Assembly: GCA_963765495.1 (NCBI GenBank)
Contig: CAVXWP010000002.1
Coordinates: 64,001 to 128,000, forward strand
DNA length: 64,000 nt
Source: Blastocatellia bacterium
GTDB taxonomy: Bacteria; Acidobacteriota; Blastocatellia; UBA7656
Direction: 5' to 3'
The notes under the pieces were generated by a model. It worked only from the letters and a program-made list of their open reading frames with translations. It made no database searches and was not told the origin of the DNA. The translations under genes were made by a program, and so were the position numbers. Below, piece by piece: positions 1 through 9,874 of this stretch (its first letter is position 1; each line of letters begins with the position of its first letter).

Positions 1-168
1 CCTGAGATGCTGGCCGAACATCTTGGAGTCAGCAGGAAGTGGATTTATCACCGCACTCAATCCAACGGGCCTGAGCGCATTCCCCATCTCAAAATGGGGA
101 AATTGCTGCGCTTCGATCCCGATTCTGAGGACTTCAAACAGTGGCTTCAATCCCACAGGCAAAATTGA
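1..168 (+). CDS. Excisionase-like HTH protein of the neighbouring island (5'-truncated by window edge)
   Basis: Frame 1 reads PEMLAEHLGVSRKWIYHRTQSNGPERIPHLKMGKLLRFDPD...QN*, an HTH_17/Xis pattern, directly upstream of an integrase. Confidence 0.75.
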   Translation, partial: PEMLAEHLGVSRKWIYHRTQSNGPERIPHLKMGKLLRFDPDSEDFKQWLQSHRQN

Positions 169-242
169 CAATGATGCTAAATGGCCATAAAATATTACCC
201 AACGACAGCAAAGCACGGGCTATCGGAAAGGAGAAACTTTCG

Positions 243-1388
243 ATGGCTCGTACCAGTTATCAAAGGGGTTTCATACAAGAGAAAAACGGGCGCTATACTC
301 TCAGGTATCGTATCCGTGATTCTCAAAAAGGATGGCGGGAGAAAAGAGAAACACTGCCGCTAGGCACGTCTCACAAGGACGCGCTACAGTTGCTTGACAA
401 ACGAATAAAGGCCGCGAATTCGCTGAACAACGACGCGCTACGGGTCGCTTCTCTCATATTCGCTGATTTCACGCGAGGTATATGGGCAGATTACCTGCAA
501 CGTCGCAAAATAAAAGCTTCAACTGTCTACAGCTACAACTCAATGTTGAAGAATCACATTCTGCCGAGATGGGGAACGCTCGCGCTGCCGAACATCAAGG
601 TTGAACACGTCACGAAGTTCTTTAATGAGCTAGAAGAGGACTATTCAACCAAGTATATCTTGAACGTCTATGCGCTGTTGAATGTCATGTTTGAAGTGGC
701 GAAAGATCACGATCTAATAGCAGAGATACCTTTGCGGGCAAAGATTCATAGACCGCAGAATACTCCAAAGAAGAAAGTGGCACTGACGCCGGAACAGCTA
801 AGGCAGATACTTGATGAAGTCGGAGAGGATTACAGACCGTTGTTTCTGACGGGAATGATTACGGGCGCAAGACTAGGAGAAGTGCGAGGACTGCGCTGGC
901 AAGACCTGGACGCAAAGGAAAGCAATCTGTGCATCCAGCGGGCCGTGTGGCGGCAAGTTCTCCAAACTCCTAAGACAGAGGCCAGTATCAGGACGTTACA
1001 TATTCCGCGTGAACTGGTAGACGTTCTTATTGCCCATAGAGAACAATCAAAATGGGCTGGCGAGGATGACTTCATGTTTGCGCGGATAGATGGAACGCCT
1101 TATGACGCTGACCACCTGCGTCGAGTGGTCCTCTATCCGGCAATGGATCGCTGCAAAATATCGCGTGAGAAGTGGAAGCATGGTTTTCATGTCTTCCGGC
1201 ACACTGCGGGAAGCATCGTACACGCGCAGACCGGAGATTTGAAACTAGCGCAAGAGTTGCTTGGCCATAGCCGCATTTCGACAACATCGGATATTTACAT
1301 TCACATGCCGGATAATGTCGCGGGAAAGGCAACCGAGATACTTGCGCGAGAGATTACAGGAGCGTTGGGAAGTGAAAAGGTGCAATAA
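243..1388 (+). CDS. int: Tyrosine integrase of a second, tandem island extending left of the window
   Basis: Motifs TGARLGE, TPKT, HVFRHT, LLGHSRISTTSDIY; AAGGAG RBS before ATG 243; gene ends 55 bp before a tRNA-derived att repeat. Confidence 0.93.
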   Translation: MARTSYQRGFIQEKNGRYTLRYRIRDSQKGWREKRETLPLGTSHKDALQLLDKRIKAANSLNNDALRVASLIFADFTRGIWADYLQRRKIKASTVYSYNSMLKNHILPRWGTLALPNIKVEHVTKFFNELEEDYSTKYILNVYALLNVMFEVAKDHDLIAEIPLRAKIHRPQNTPKKKVALTPEQLRQILDEVGEDYRPLFLTGMITGARLGEVRGLRWQDLDAKESNLCIQRAVWRQVLQTPKTEASIRTLHIPRELVDVLIAHREQSKWAGEDDFMFARIDGTPYDADHLRRVVLYPAMDRCKISREKWKHGFHVFRHTAGSIVHAQTGDLKLAQELLGHSRISTTSDIYIHMPDNVAGKATEILAREITGALGSEKVQ

Positions 1389-1443
1389 AACAGGAAAGGG
1401 AACGCCGTTTTTGCGTCCCCTTATTGCGTCCTGTTTCTGTAAG

Positions 1444-1488
1444 TGGTTGCGGGGACGGGATTTGAACCCGTGACCTTTGGGTTATGAG
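1444..1488. repeat. att core: 45-bp copy of the 3' half of tRNA-fMet
   Basis: TGGTTGCGGGGACGGGATTTGAACCCGTGACCTTTGGGTTATGAG is identical to 44032-44076. Confidence 0.96.
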
Positions 1489-1608
1489 TCCCATTCTCTA
1501 ACGCCAAATTGCTTAACATTTGGTGCTAACTACTAACATTTACTACGAGCCGCAGCCACGGACGAGCCATTCGAGTGACACCTGATGACGTGTAGTCTCA
1601 AACTTTCC

Positions 1609-1626
1609 GGTCACATAGCGGTCACA
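1609..1626 (+). promoter_or_regulatory. Putative integrase arm-type sites (GGTCACA-N4-GGTCACA)
   Basis: Same tandem heptamer with 11-bp period occurs inside the other end at 43965-43982. Confidence 0.65.
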
Positions 1627-1678
1627 AGCCTACTCGAGAAACTCCACAACGAAGGTCGGGCGAAATTTGCCTTATAGC

Positions 1679-3808
1679 CGGTTCACCCCCACACGCGTGG
1701 GGACCATTCAACTCGCGCTATCGTCTCGCCGAAGCACGACGGTTCACCCCCACACGCGTGGGGACCATTGGACTGCGAATTGCCTAAGCTGTGGCATCGT
1801 CGGTTCACCCCCACACGCGTGGGGACCATGGCCAGACACACTGCGCCTACTGCAGTCGCCGTACGGTTCACCCCCACACGCGTGGGGACCATTGCGCTAA
1901 TGGACTGCGCCGATCGGGCCGCCACCGGTTCACCCCCACACGCGTGGGGACCATTGCTCTAGCATTCTGATAAGACCTGACGCGCGCATCGGTTCACCCC
2001 CACACGCGTGGGGACCATGTCGTCAGACGTCGATCGATGTACTCTGGCATCGGTTCACCCCCACACGCGTGGGGACCATGCGCCGAGTCGCGATCGCTGC
2101 GCATCGGCGGTCGTGCGGTTCACCCCCACACGCGTGGGGACCATGTGCATATTCCGTTTGGCTCGATTCGAGACTGCGCGGTTCACCCCCACACGCGTGG
2201 GGACCATTCTTCCGGCAGATCATGGCCAGGTTCTGTCGTGCGGTTCACCCCCACACGCGTGGGGACCATATCACACGCGTCCGCATGGCCGTCGGCAGTG
2301 GTCGGTTCACCCCCACACGCGTGGGGACCATCACGGCGAGTCTCCAGTCAGCTTACGCAGTCGGTCGGTTCACCCCCACACGCGTGGGGACCATATGTAG
2401 CGCCGTGCACATACGCGCAGGTCGTCGGTTCACCCCCACACGCGTGGGGACCATACTGGCTCGAGTGCTCTACCGCACGGCGACGCCTGCGGTTCACCCC
2501 CACACGCGTGGGGACCATCTCGTCCGTGCAGCTTCCATGCGCTCCAGTCGGTTCACCCCCACACGCGTGGGGACCATCATCGGCATTGCGATTGACGACG
2601 CTGCGTCATGCGGTTCACCCCCACACGCGTGGGGACCATTCCGCGATTGCCTCGGTCAGCGTGCTGCGACTGTCGGTTCACCCCCACACGCGTGGGGACC
2701 ATCGCGCGATCACGCGACCAGACCGTGCCTGCAGAGCGGTTCACCCCCACACGCGTGGGGACCATGACATCGGACCTCGTCGAGACCATCGTCCTACCGG
2801 TTCACCCCCACACGCGTGGGGACCATCCTCAGAGTCCGCTCGATAGCTTGCTCGTCTGACGGTTCACCCCCACACGCGTGGGGACCATTCCTGCGACTGC
2901 GCGCTGCTCGGCCACGATGTCGGTTCACCCCCACACGCGTGGGGACCATGCGTCGCAGATCGCGGCTCGCTGCGTCAGCGTGCGGTTCACCCCCACACGC
3001 GTGGGGACCATCCGTGCATCAGCTTCGTCGACCTCGCGTCAATGCGGTTCACCCCCACACGCGTGGGGACCATCGCATGGTCGCACGATCTCGGCATAGC
3101 TCGTGCGGTTCACCCCCACACGCGTGGGGACCATTCGAGCTGCTCTGCCCGTGCAGTCACGGTCATCCGGTTCACCCCCACACGCGTGGGGACCATGCAT
3201 TCATCCGATGCGAGTCACTGGACATCGCGCGGTTCACCCCCACACGCGTGGGGACCACTATCACGGCATCCGAGCTCGCTCGTACGTGATCCGGTTCACC
3301 CCCACACGCGTGGGGACCATACCGCACTCAGCGCCGCGATGCATCGCGTACATCGGTTCACCCCCACACGCGTGGGGACCATGCGTCAGCCGTCAATCAG
3401 ACGTCTGTCGCCCTCGGTTCACCCCCACACGCGTGGGGACCATCATCGACTCGACGTATCATCTGCAGCGTCATCGCGGTTCACCCCCACACGCGTGGGG
3501 ACCATTGTATCCTCGAGGTGGATCAGTCCGGCTAGTCGGTTCACCCCCACACGCGTGGGGACCATGCTCACGCTATCGGCTGGCGATTAATCCAGACGGT
3601 TCACCCCCACACGCGTGGGGACCATGTTCCGTTGAACGCGATACCGATCAATGCCGTACGGTTCACCCCCACACGCGTGGGGACCATGCTGTATTAGCGG
3701 CTACCGATTGTGCATCGTGCGGTTCACCCCCACACGCGTGGGGACCATTACTCGAGCACTACTCGAGCCTAGTACGATCCGGTTCACCCCCACACGCGTG
3801 GGGACCAT
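1679..3808 (-). CRISPR. Type I-E CRISPR array, 35 repeats and 34 spacers
   Basis: 29-bp repeat ATGGTCCCCACGCGTGTGGGGGTGAACCG (minus strand), palindromic with I-E AACCG end; spacers 30-36 bp; adjacent to cas2. Confidence 0.98.
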
Positions 3809-3850
3809 ACTGGAAAATAAAAGACTTAGGACCAAAAAGCTATTGTATGT

Positions 3851-4138
3851 CTAGGGATGGTCTGGAGGTTTGAAACGGACAAGGGCTAATCCCTCAAAAT
3901 CCTCAATTACACGAGATGCAGATCCCAAAGAGCGTATCTCAAATCCTTGTTCATTCGCCGTGCCGTGGACTATAACCCCTGCGCCTCCACGTAACTTTTC
4001 GCAAACCATCTTCCACAGCATGTCTCTCACCATCGCCGAAACATTACCAACGAATACACCTGCTTGTAGCTCAAGCATCCACCTTGTGAGTTCTCCTCGA
4101 ACACTTGTAGGCACTCGCTCCAAAATAATAACAATCAC
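3851..4138 (-). CDS. cas2: Type I-E Cas2
   Basis: MIVIILERVPTSVRGELTRWMLELQAGVFVGNVSAMVRD and NEQGF motifs. Confidence 0.96.
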   Translation of the reverse strand: MIVIILERVPTSVRGELTRWMLELQAGVFVGNVSAMVRDMLWKMVCEKLRGGAGVIVHGTANEQGFEIRSLGSASRVIEDFEGLALVRFKPPDHP

Positions 4139-4140
4139 CT

Positions 4141-5088
4141 CTACTCTCCTTCCGCACGATCATCGGCCCAGTTTAACCCTCCCTGAGCCTCGCCTTCCTC
4201 AGGATCCCACAAGCCCCCTGGCGCTTCTTCTGCCGTGTCGTAATCCTGCTTTGCATCTGCGATTATTGAACTTTCTCCAAGGGCTGTCTCAATATCCGGG
4301 ACAATTCGTTGTAATAGCCGTTCACTGTAAAATAGATCCCGACAATATCTGCGGACCCTACTTTCCAATTTCGCTTCGTCCTCAGCTACTGCTTTGAAGG
4401 CTATGGGAACAGTGAGTGCAGTTTTGTAAAGGTCCGCAATATCGTAAACGAATGAGAGCATTTTCCCTGTGTGGATAAATCCCAAAGCAGGAGAGTATCC
4501 TGCCGAAACAATAGCTGCGTGACAAATACCATATAGGCAACTATGTGCAGCAGACAGTGCACGGTTAATCGGATTAGCGCTATCCCAACGGTCCCTCTTA
4601 TAAGAACGCCCCGTCCACTCAACCCCTGTTTCGCGACTCGCTTTTGCATAACCCTCTCGAACGCGGATGCCTTCTCTACCACGGATCTGTTGGAGCGTGA
4701 GAGTTTCATCAAGTGTTTCCGGGAACCGCATTTCATATAATCTCCGTACAACCTTCAGACGCAGTACCGGGTCTGAGCAGAGCCTGGCTTGATGCAGAAG
4801 GTTGCGGGATGAGCGCGTCTCTCCCATGCCCTGAGCGTAAAACCTCACTCCTTCTTCGCCAGTCCACAACACCAGGCAACCACTATCTGATAATGTTCTA
4901 ACCGCAGCGTGCGTGATGCTCGTGCCTGGCCCGACCATCAATGTTGTCAGCGATGCACACGGTACTGCTACCTTGCCGTTTAAATCATGTACTGCGATGG
5001 CCTTCATTTCTTGGTCTATTCGGCAATGCTCTACATAAAGGTAGCTCCAACTATCACGAACTTTCGGCAGCATATGAAGATCTTTCAT
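4141..5088 (-). CDS. cas1: Type I-E Cas1
   Basis: GPGTSITHAA, GEEGVRFYA, RGREGIRVR, PALGFIHTG, FVYDIADLYK. Confidence 0.97.
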   Translation of the reverse strand: MKDLHMLPKVRDSWSYLYVEHCRIDQEMKAIAVHDLNGKVAVPCASLTTLMVGPGTSITHAAVRTLSDSGCLVLWTGEEGVRFYAQGMGETRSSRNLLHQARLCSDPVLRLKVVRRLYEMRFPETLDETLTLQQIRGREGIRVREGYAKASRETGVEWTGRSYKRDRWDSANPINRALSAAHSCLYGICHAAIVSAGYSPALGFIHTGKMLSFVYDIADLYKTALTVPIAFKAVAEDEAKLESRVRRYCRDLFYSERLLQRIVPDIETALGESSIIADAKQDYDTAEEAPGGLWDPEEGEAQGGLNWADDRAEGE

Positions 5089-5091
5089 CCG

Positions 5092-5805
5092 TTACCTCCT
5101 TATCGGTCCGAGCGATAGAAGCCCAAACCCATAGGCTTTACCAGAGCCGATCCCTCCTTCCAATGTTTCTTTGAAGGTTTTGGCATCAGTGATTTCCAGC
5201 TCTCCGTCAAATAACACAGAGCCAAAAGTCAGCCGCTGTTTCTGTTTCTCCCCAGCATTACCACGAAACCCGAGAGCCTTATTTTCAGGCTTTATACGCA
5301 CATTCGGGACATCCGCGTTGAGTTGCAGTGTAAGCACCCGAAAGCCCGATATCGCCGCCTTGCGCAGCAGCCAGGCGATCTGATCCTCCTCGCGAAAAAG
5401 CTCTACGCGCTTACCATTACGTTTCGTCCCATCGGCTAATGACTTAGTTTCAATCTTGCGCGTAGGATTCGCGCGAAGCCGGAATGTGAGCCGCATCCCC
5501 GTGATAAGCGATTCATAACTTTGGTCAATACTCTTATAGGTCGGATTATCCGAGACATCCAACAGGTAATCCGCCGGCAGTTTGTTCCAGTCGGGTTGTA
5601 TGCGCGATTGGACGAGTGCTGTCACTACTCCGGTGCGTGCATTCGTTTCGAGGCGATAGAGCAGTCCGAACTCCAAACGCGCAGCATCGGAATCCTTCTG
5701 TGGGAAAGCTGCAAGGAGCGTGCGGTGCATATTATGACAATCAGCCAGATCGCGCCGCACCGCACGACTGCGCGGATTCATGATGAGCTTTGAGAGAAAC
5801 ATCAT
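5092..5805 (-). CDS. cas6e: Cas6e (Cse3/CasE)
   Basis: MHRTL, FRLRANPT, C-terminal GIGSGKAYGFGLL loop. Confidence 0.96.
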   Translation of the reverse strand: MMFLSKLIMNPRSRAVRRDLADCHNMHRTLLAAFPQKDSDAARLEFGLLYRLETNARTGVVTALVQSRIQPDWNKLPADYLLDVSDNPTYKSIDQSYESLITGMRLTFRLRANPTRKIETKSLADGTKRNGKRVELFREEDQIAWLLRKAAISGFRVLTLQLNADVPNVRIKPENKALGFRGNAGEKQKQRLTFGSVLFDGELEITDAKTFKETLEGGIGSGKAYGFGLLSLGPIRR

Positions 5806-6500
5806 TGATCTCCTTCCGGTGTCGGGATGTAAAGGGTAGTCACATAGCGAATGGTAAAGCGCCTTGCTGAAAAGGAAACAGGAACATCCTGTCGAACTTC
5901 ACCTACCAGATCAGAACTGTCCACGATTAGGCGTAATCGTTCCGGCGAGTGAGTTTGACCGATTACTTCCCAAGGATGCGTTGACAAAGCATCACGTAAC
6001 GATTTCTCTAACAGCCCATTCGGAGTTCTTACTGGCAGGCCTGGTACAAAAGATTTTCTTCCAAGTGATAATTGCCAGCGAGGGTAGGTAATTGCCGTAT
6101 TCAGCCTTGCAAGCAGGTCATGGCTCTCAGCTTCCAGCCCGACTAGAAAATTCGCATCGCTCAGATACCAGCGTTGCGATGTGACAGTGCCACGACTCTT
6201 TCCATCGGCTTTGATGACCCCGTAATCATCACCGCGCTTGTGCGCTCCGCCAGCTGTATGAAAGTCCCGCTTGATTACCCCTTCACGATCTACCCTTACA
6301 CCCATTCGCAATGCCGAGAGCTGCGTGAGACCTGGAAACCCGTCATCAGGTTTTTCAGAGCGAGGCTTGCCAAGTGCAGCGCAGAGCAATCCGATGACAC
6401 CGCTTTTCGACGGCTCCAGCCCCGTATCCCTAATCGAAAAGCGGCTCTGTGTGCCCCACGATTGCATTGGCCCGGCCAGTCTCAAGAGTAATGTGGGCAT
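5802..6500 (-). CDS. cas5e: Cas5e (CasD)
   Basis: LLLRLAGPMQSWG...PSKSGVIGLLCAALG; LGRKS. Confidence 0.96.
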   Translation of the reverse strand: MPTLLLRLAGPMQSWGTQSRFSIRDTGLEPSKSGVIGLLCAALGKPRSEKPDDGFPGLTQLSALRMGVRVDREGVIKRDFHTAGGAHKRGDDYGVIKADGKSRGTVTSQRWYLSDANFLVGLEAESHDLLARLNTAITYPRWQLSLGRKSFVPGLPVRTPNGLLEKSLRDALSTHPWEVIGQTHSPERLRLIVDSSDLVGEVRQDVPVSFSARRFTIRYVTTLYIPTPEGDQ

Positions 6501-6506
6501 GGCAAC

Positions 6507-7691
6507 TCACGCTCCTTCCTTCGCCGCATCAAGCATCCTTCCGACCAATTCGGAAAGATTGCTGACACGCTTGCCGTTCAGATTTGCAAGATCGCGCCCG
6601 TCAAATGTGATGTAGCACTTGTCTATTATCTGGTCATCTCCGTACATCGCTGTCAGTTGCCCCCAGTGCTGATCAAGTGCGCTGATAGAATTCTCCACCA
6701 GATCTCCTTCCGAGTTCGGACGCACCGGCTTCACGAAAGCGTTCGTTAATGACCACAACCCCGATTTGCGCGCCACTGCAAGCACGAACAAAGGCGGATT
6801 CTGTGCCGCCATACTGTTTTGCTTACCCGTAGGGATTGCCGCGACCGAAGCCCGGATGAATGCCTTCAGAGTCCCGTGAGCTAGATCGAGATCGTTGTTG
6901 AGATTCTCCTGAAGCTGATTCAGATCAATATTGGAATAACGATAGAAACAGGCAGAATTATACTCGACAGTGCCAAGCATATCTGCCCCCGCCATATCAT
7001 CAGGCTTGAGGTCATCAACCGCGGTGTAGAAATCAAATTCCAGGTTAACCTTATTGGTTGAAATTGCATGGGCAACCTGACTGGCAGCATCAATATTTTT
7101 CTCAGGTAGATCGGCGAGCATACGCCCGAAAAGCGCTAGATCAGCCGCTTTTCCGCCATTCAAAAGCGCTAACATCCTGTCTCTGATTTCCTTCGGCACA
7201 GCATCTTGATCTGCTTTCTTTGATTCCTTGCTGCTCTTCTTTTTCACAGGTGGCTCGCCCTCGGCTTCCTGGGCAGCAGGTCTTGCAACCTCAATCAGTT
7301 TGTCCCAATTCTCAGCGCAAAGATCGGCGATTGCCTTGATTTCACCTTCTGCAAGAAAGAGGAGATATTGAGTTTTGCCGTCATCCTTCACCTTGAGTTT
7401 GACGCCGTTAAGCAAAGCCTCCGCCACGCGCCGCGCCTCGTCTTCGTTCTTTCCTTGCTCCTTCAGTCTGCCGGCAAGTGTTTCAACAAGACGCTTAGTT
7501 CGCTCAGCCAGGTACTCTTTACTGATGAGTTTGTCTGTTCTGAAGCTTTCGCGAATCGCGCGCTTGAGACACTGGCTGGATATGCGAGCGCGACGGAGGC
7601 CGCCGAACTCGCAGTCTTTCGGCGATCCCGTATCATCACGATTGAGATTGGCAGGTGCGAAATTCTGAATGATGTGCAGTTCAATAAACAT
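6507..7691 (-). CDS. cas7e: Cas7 (Cse4/CasC)
   Basis: NLNRDDTGSPKDCEFGG, RISSQCLKRAIR, ALFGRMLA, QVAHAIST, PTGKQNS. Confidence 0.97.
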   Translation of the reverse strand: MFIELHIIQNFAPANLNRDDTGSPKDCEFGGLRRARISSQCLKRAIRESFRTDKLISKEYLAERTKRLVETLAGRLKEQGKNEDEARRVAEALLNGVKLKVKDDGKTQYLLFLAEGEIKAIADLCAENWDKLIEVARPAAQEAEGEPPVKKKSSKESKKADQDAVPKEIRDRMLALLNGGKAADLALFGRMLADLPEKNIDAASQVAHAISTNKVNLEFDFYTAVDDLKPDDMAGADMLGTVEYNSACFYRYSNIDLNQLQENLNNDLDLAHGTLKAFIRASVAAIPTGKQNSMAAQNPPLFVLAVARKSGLWSLTNAFVKPVRPNSEGDLVENSISALDQHWGQLTAMYGDDQIIDKCYITFDGRDLANLNGKRVSNLSELVGRMLDAAKEGA

Positions 7692-7745
7692 TGCGATTTC
7701 TCCTTTTGTAAATGTGAAATTCATTGCCGAGTCGTAAGACTCATC

Positions 7746-8279
7746 TTAGTTGGCAGTCTCCGAACTCTTTCCCCAGTAGGCGCGCGCCCAGTCGCGTTGC
7801 ACACGGCGGTCTTCACTATGCCACCAGCGCAGATCTCGCAGCAGGCGAGCCCAATCAATCGGAATCTCTTTTGACTTGAGCAGGCTGACAGCGTGGCGCA
7901 GATGTTCAGGCAAATCTTCGCGGTGACAATTAAGCAAAGCTACAAAGCGTTTTTCGATGCTCTCGCTTTCCACCTCTCTATTTAGCCGGGCAAATGATGC
8001 GCCCATGTTTGTCGAGCGATTGGATTCTTCATCCAAATGCCAGTTAATCTGATGCAGCGCGAAGAGAGCGCTAACCATATAGTAAACGTCTTCATCCCAT
8101 AGCGAAGCTTTTCCTATGAAAGGCAGCACATAACGATGCGCCTCCGCCGATTCGCCCGGCGATTTGCCCAGACCGCGACGCAATGCCGCCAGTGCTGCGC
8201 GATTTTCATTCTTCACCAGCCCTTCCAAATAAGCGACAAAGGCTTCCTCCCGGCTTGAATGTTTTGTTTCGGTTTTCAT
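7746..8279 (-). CDS. cse2: Cas11 (Cse2/CasB)
   Basis: LAALRRGLG, RFVALL, IDWARLLRDL..W, WARAYW. Confidence 0.95.
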   Translation of the reverse strand: MKTETKHSSREEAFVAYLEGLVKNENRAALAALRRGLGKSPGESAEAHRYVLPFIGKASLWDEDVYYMVSALFALHQINWHLDEESNRSTNMGASFARLNREVESESIEKRFVALLNCHREDLPEHLRHAVSLLKSKEIPIDWARLLRDLRWWHSEDRRVQRDWARAYWGKSSETAN

Positions 8280-9874
8280 TTTTGTCCTCCGTTAATCGAG
8301 GGTTTGCTGAGGTAATCCGCCAGTGTTTCGCGCAGCTTTCCGCGAAGCTGGGGCTCAACAATGGCAACGGCTTTTAATGCGCGGGCTGAATTGTCGAGAC
8401 TGCGTGAGGCGATCCCGAAGGATTGCAATGCACTCTGCTCCAGGGTGCGTGCCCAGATCGGAATTTCCTTTTCGCCATAGTACACGTCACCGTATTGATC
8501 CACTCGTTGATCCTGTGGCAGATCAAGCAACAGGCGCTTGAATGGAGCTTCAAGCTGTGACCAGTAATGTGGGATCGCGCCAAAGCTGTCTACAATTTTA
8601 CCAATGTCTTTCTTGTCTGGTTGCCGGGCTTCCTTGTTGTCAGACAAGGGCGCGAGCAACAGGCGAGCCAGTGCCCATAAACTCTGCTGAACCTTTTTCG
8701 CCGTCTCTTCTGCCAGCGCCAGCGCCTTCCTGAGTCTTTCGAGGAGTTCTACTTGATTGAGGTATTCGACTTTGATGGGCAGCCTCTCCTGTCGCCAAAA
8801 ATGTATTGTTGGCTGCCCTGATTTTAGAGATTGTCCGAGGATTTGCAGCTGGTACATCCGATGAGAATCAAGAAACCCTTCATTAGAAAGCGTGGCCAGA
8901 TGTCGCAGTCCCTGGGGAATCTGAAACGGGGAGTCTTGCGAGAGATTGAACAACGCGTGACTATCGCGCCACACTGCGCGATCTTCATTGAATTGCCAGA
9001 CAAATAATCCTTGCTTATCATCACGCTTATAGGCGAATGAAGGCTCCTTTCGCCAATCATCTGTCAGTGCGCGTCCCTGTGCGAAATAGCATTCGCTAAC
9101 TGTTCCGTCATCCAAAGGCAGCAGTCGAATCGAACGACTTTGCCACGAGAGATATTCGAGCTTTCCGTTCGGTGTCTGATTGTGCCCTGGTTGCCATTCC
9201 TCTTCGCGTTCCCACGTTGGTGTATCTTCGTCGAAGCTGAGAAAGTCAGGCCGGTGCAGGTTGAGTAGGTTTAGCATTAACGTCTCAAACAGATTATCCC
9301 CTTGCAAAATAATTACCGCGCCTCGAGTCATTGGTGAATCTTTCGTGTGAAGCGTTTCGCTTTTCCCCGCTGACGCGGCAAAACACTGCGTGGCGATGAC
9401 CCACTGTGCCGCTAGCGCAGGCTTAATTGGGGGACGATCTACATCCAGGCTATGATCGAGCAGGGTAGCGTTATTGCCTGCTGCAAACTCCCACCCAAGG
9501 CGTTTCATCGGAGTAGTTTTCTTCGCAGTAAAAGATGCTCGCTGATAAAACGGTCTATCCTTATCGTACAGATCGAAGCGCTCGTGGTAGGTTGCCAGGT
9601 ACACTTCTATATGCTGGTGATCAAATTCCCCTCTATTCCATAGCGTTTTCCATTCAGAGAGGCTACTGATTGGGAAGCACCGATGTGAGACCGCAAGTAA
9701 CAAGCGATAGATTCCTGCTGTGATCAGCGGCGATTGATCGAAGACTTCCTTCACTTCCTGTGCGCGGATCACCGCATCGTACAGGCTTAAATCAAGTTGC
9801 CTGCCATCCAGCATCAGACAGGGTATCCACGGCTCATCAATCAAATTGAATTGTGGTGGTTTGGCTTCATGCAT
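8276..9874 (-). CDS. cse1: Cas8e (Cse1/CasA)
   Basis: FNLIDEPWIPC, FDLYDKDRPFYQ, GNNATLLDH, GDNLFETLMLNL. Confidence 0.95.
   Translation of the reverse strand: MHEAKPPQFNLIDEPWIPCLMLDGRQLDLSLYDAVIRAQEVKEVFDQSPLITAGIYRLLLAVSHRCFPISSLSEWKTLWNRGEFDHQHIEVYLATYHERFDLYDKDRPFYQRASFTAKKTTPMKRLGWEFAAGNNATLLDHSLDVDRPPIKPALAAQWVIATQCFAASAGKSETLHTKDSPMTRGAVIILQGDNLFETLMLNLLNLHRPDFLSFDEDTPTWEREEEWQPGHNQTPNGKLEYLSWQSRSIRLLPLDDGTVSECYFAQGRALTDDWRKEPSFAYKRDDKQGLFVWQFNEDRAVWRDSHALFNLSQDSPFQIPQGLRHLATLSNEGFLDSHRMYQLQILGQSLKSGQPTIHFWRQERLPIKVEYLNQVELLERLRKALALAEETAKKVQQSLWALARLLLAPLSDNKEARQPDKKDIGKIVDSFGAIPHYWSQLEAPFKRLLLDLPQDQRVDQYGDVYYGEKEIPIWARTLEQSALQSFGIASRSLDNSARALKAVAIVEPQLRGKLRETLADYLSKPSINGGQK

Noticed and set aside
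1444-1500. Second tRNA-Met gene
   Set aside because: Only the 3' half is present and similarity stops at 1488; it is an att site
1619-1647. Possible degenerate terminal CRISPR repeat 60 bp beyond the last repeat
   Set aside because: Only about half the bases match, and the GGTCACA pair is better explained as arm sites mirrored at 43965
1708-3779. Self-targeting or tRNA-homing spacers, as in CRISPR-associated transposons
   Set aside because: No match noticed by eye (not an exhaustive search); no Tns genes; spacers are probably unreliable
1667-3873. Many ORFs with RFTPTRVGT, GSPPHAWGP or VHPHTRGDH repeats
   Set aside because: Translations of the CRISPR repeat, not genes
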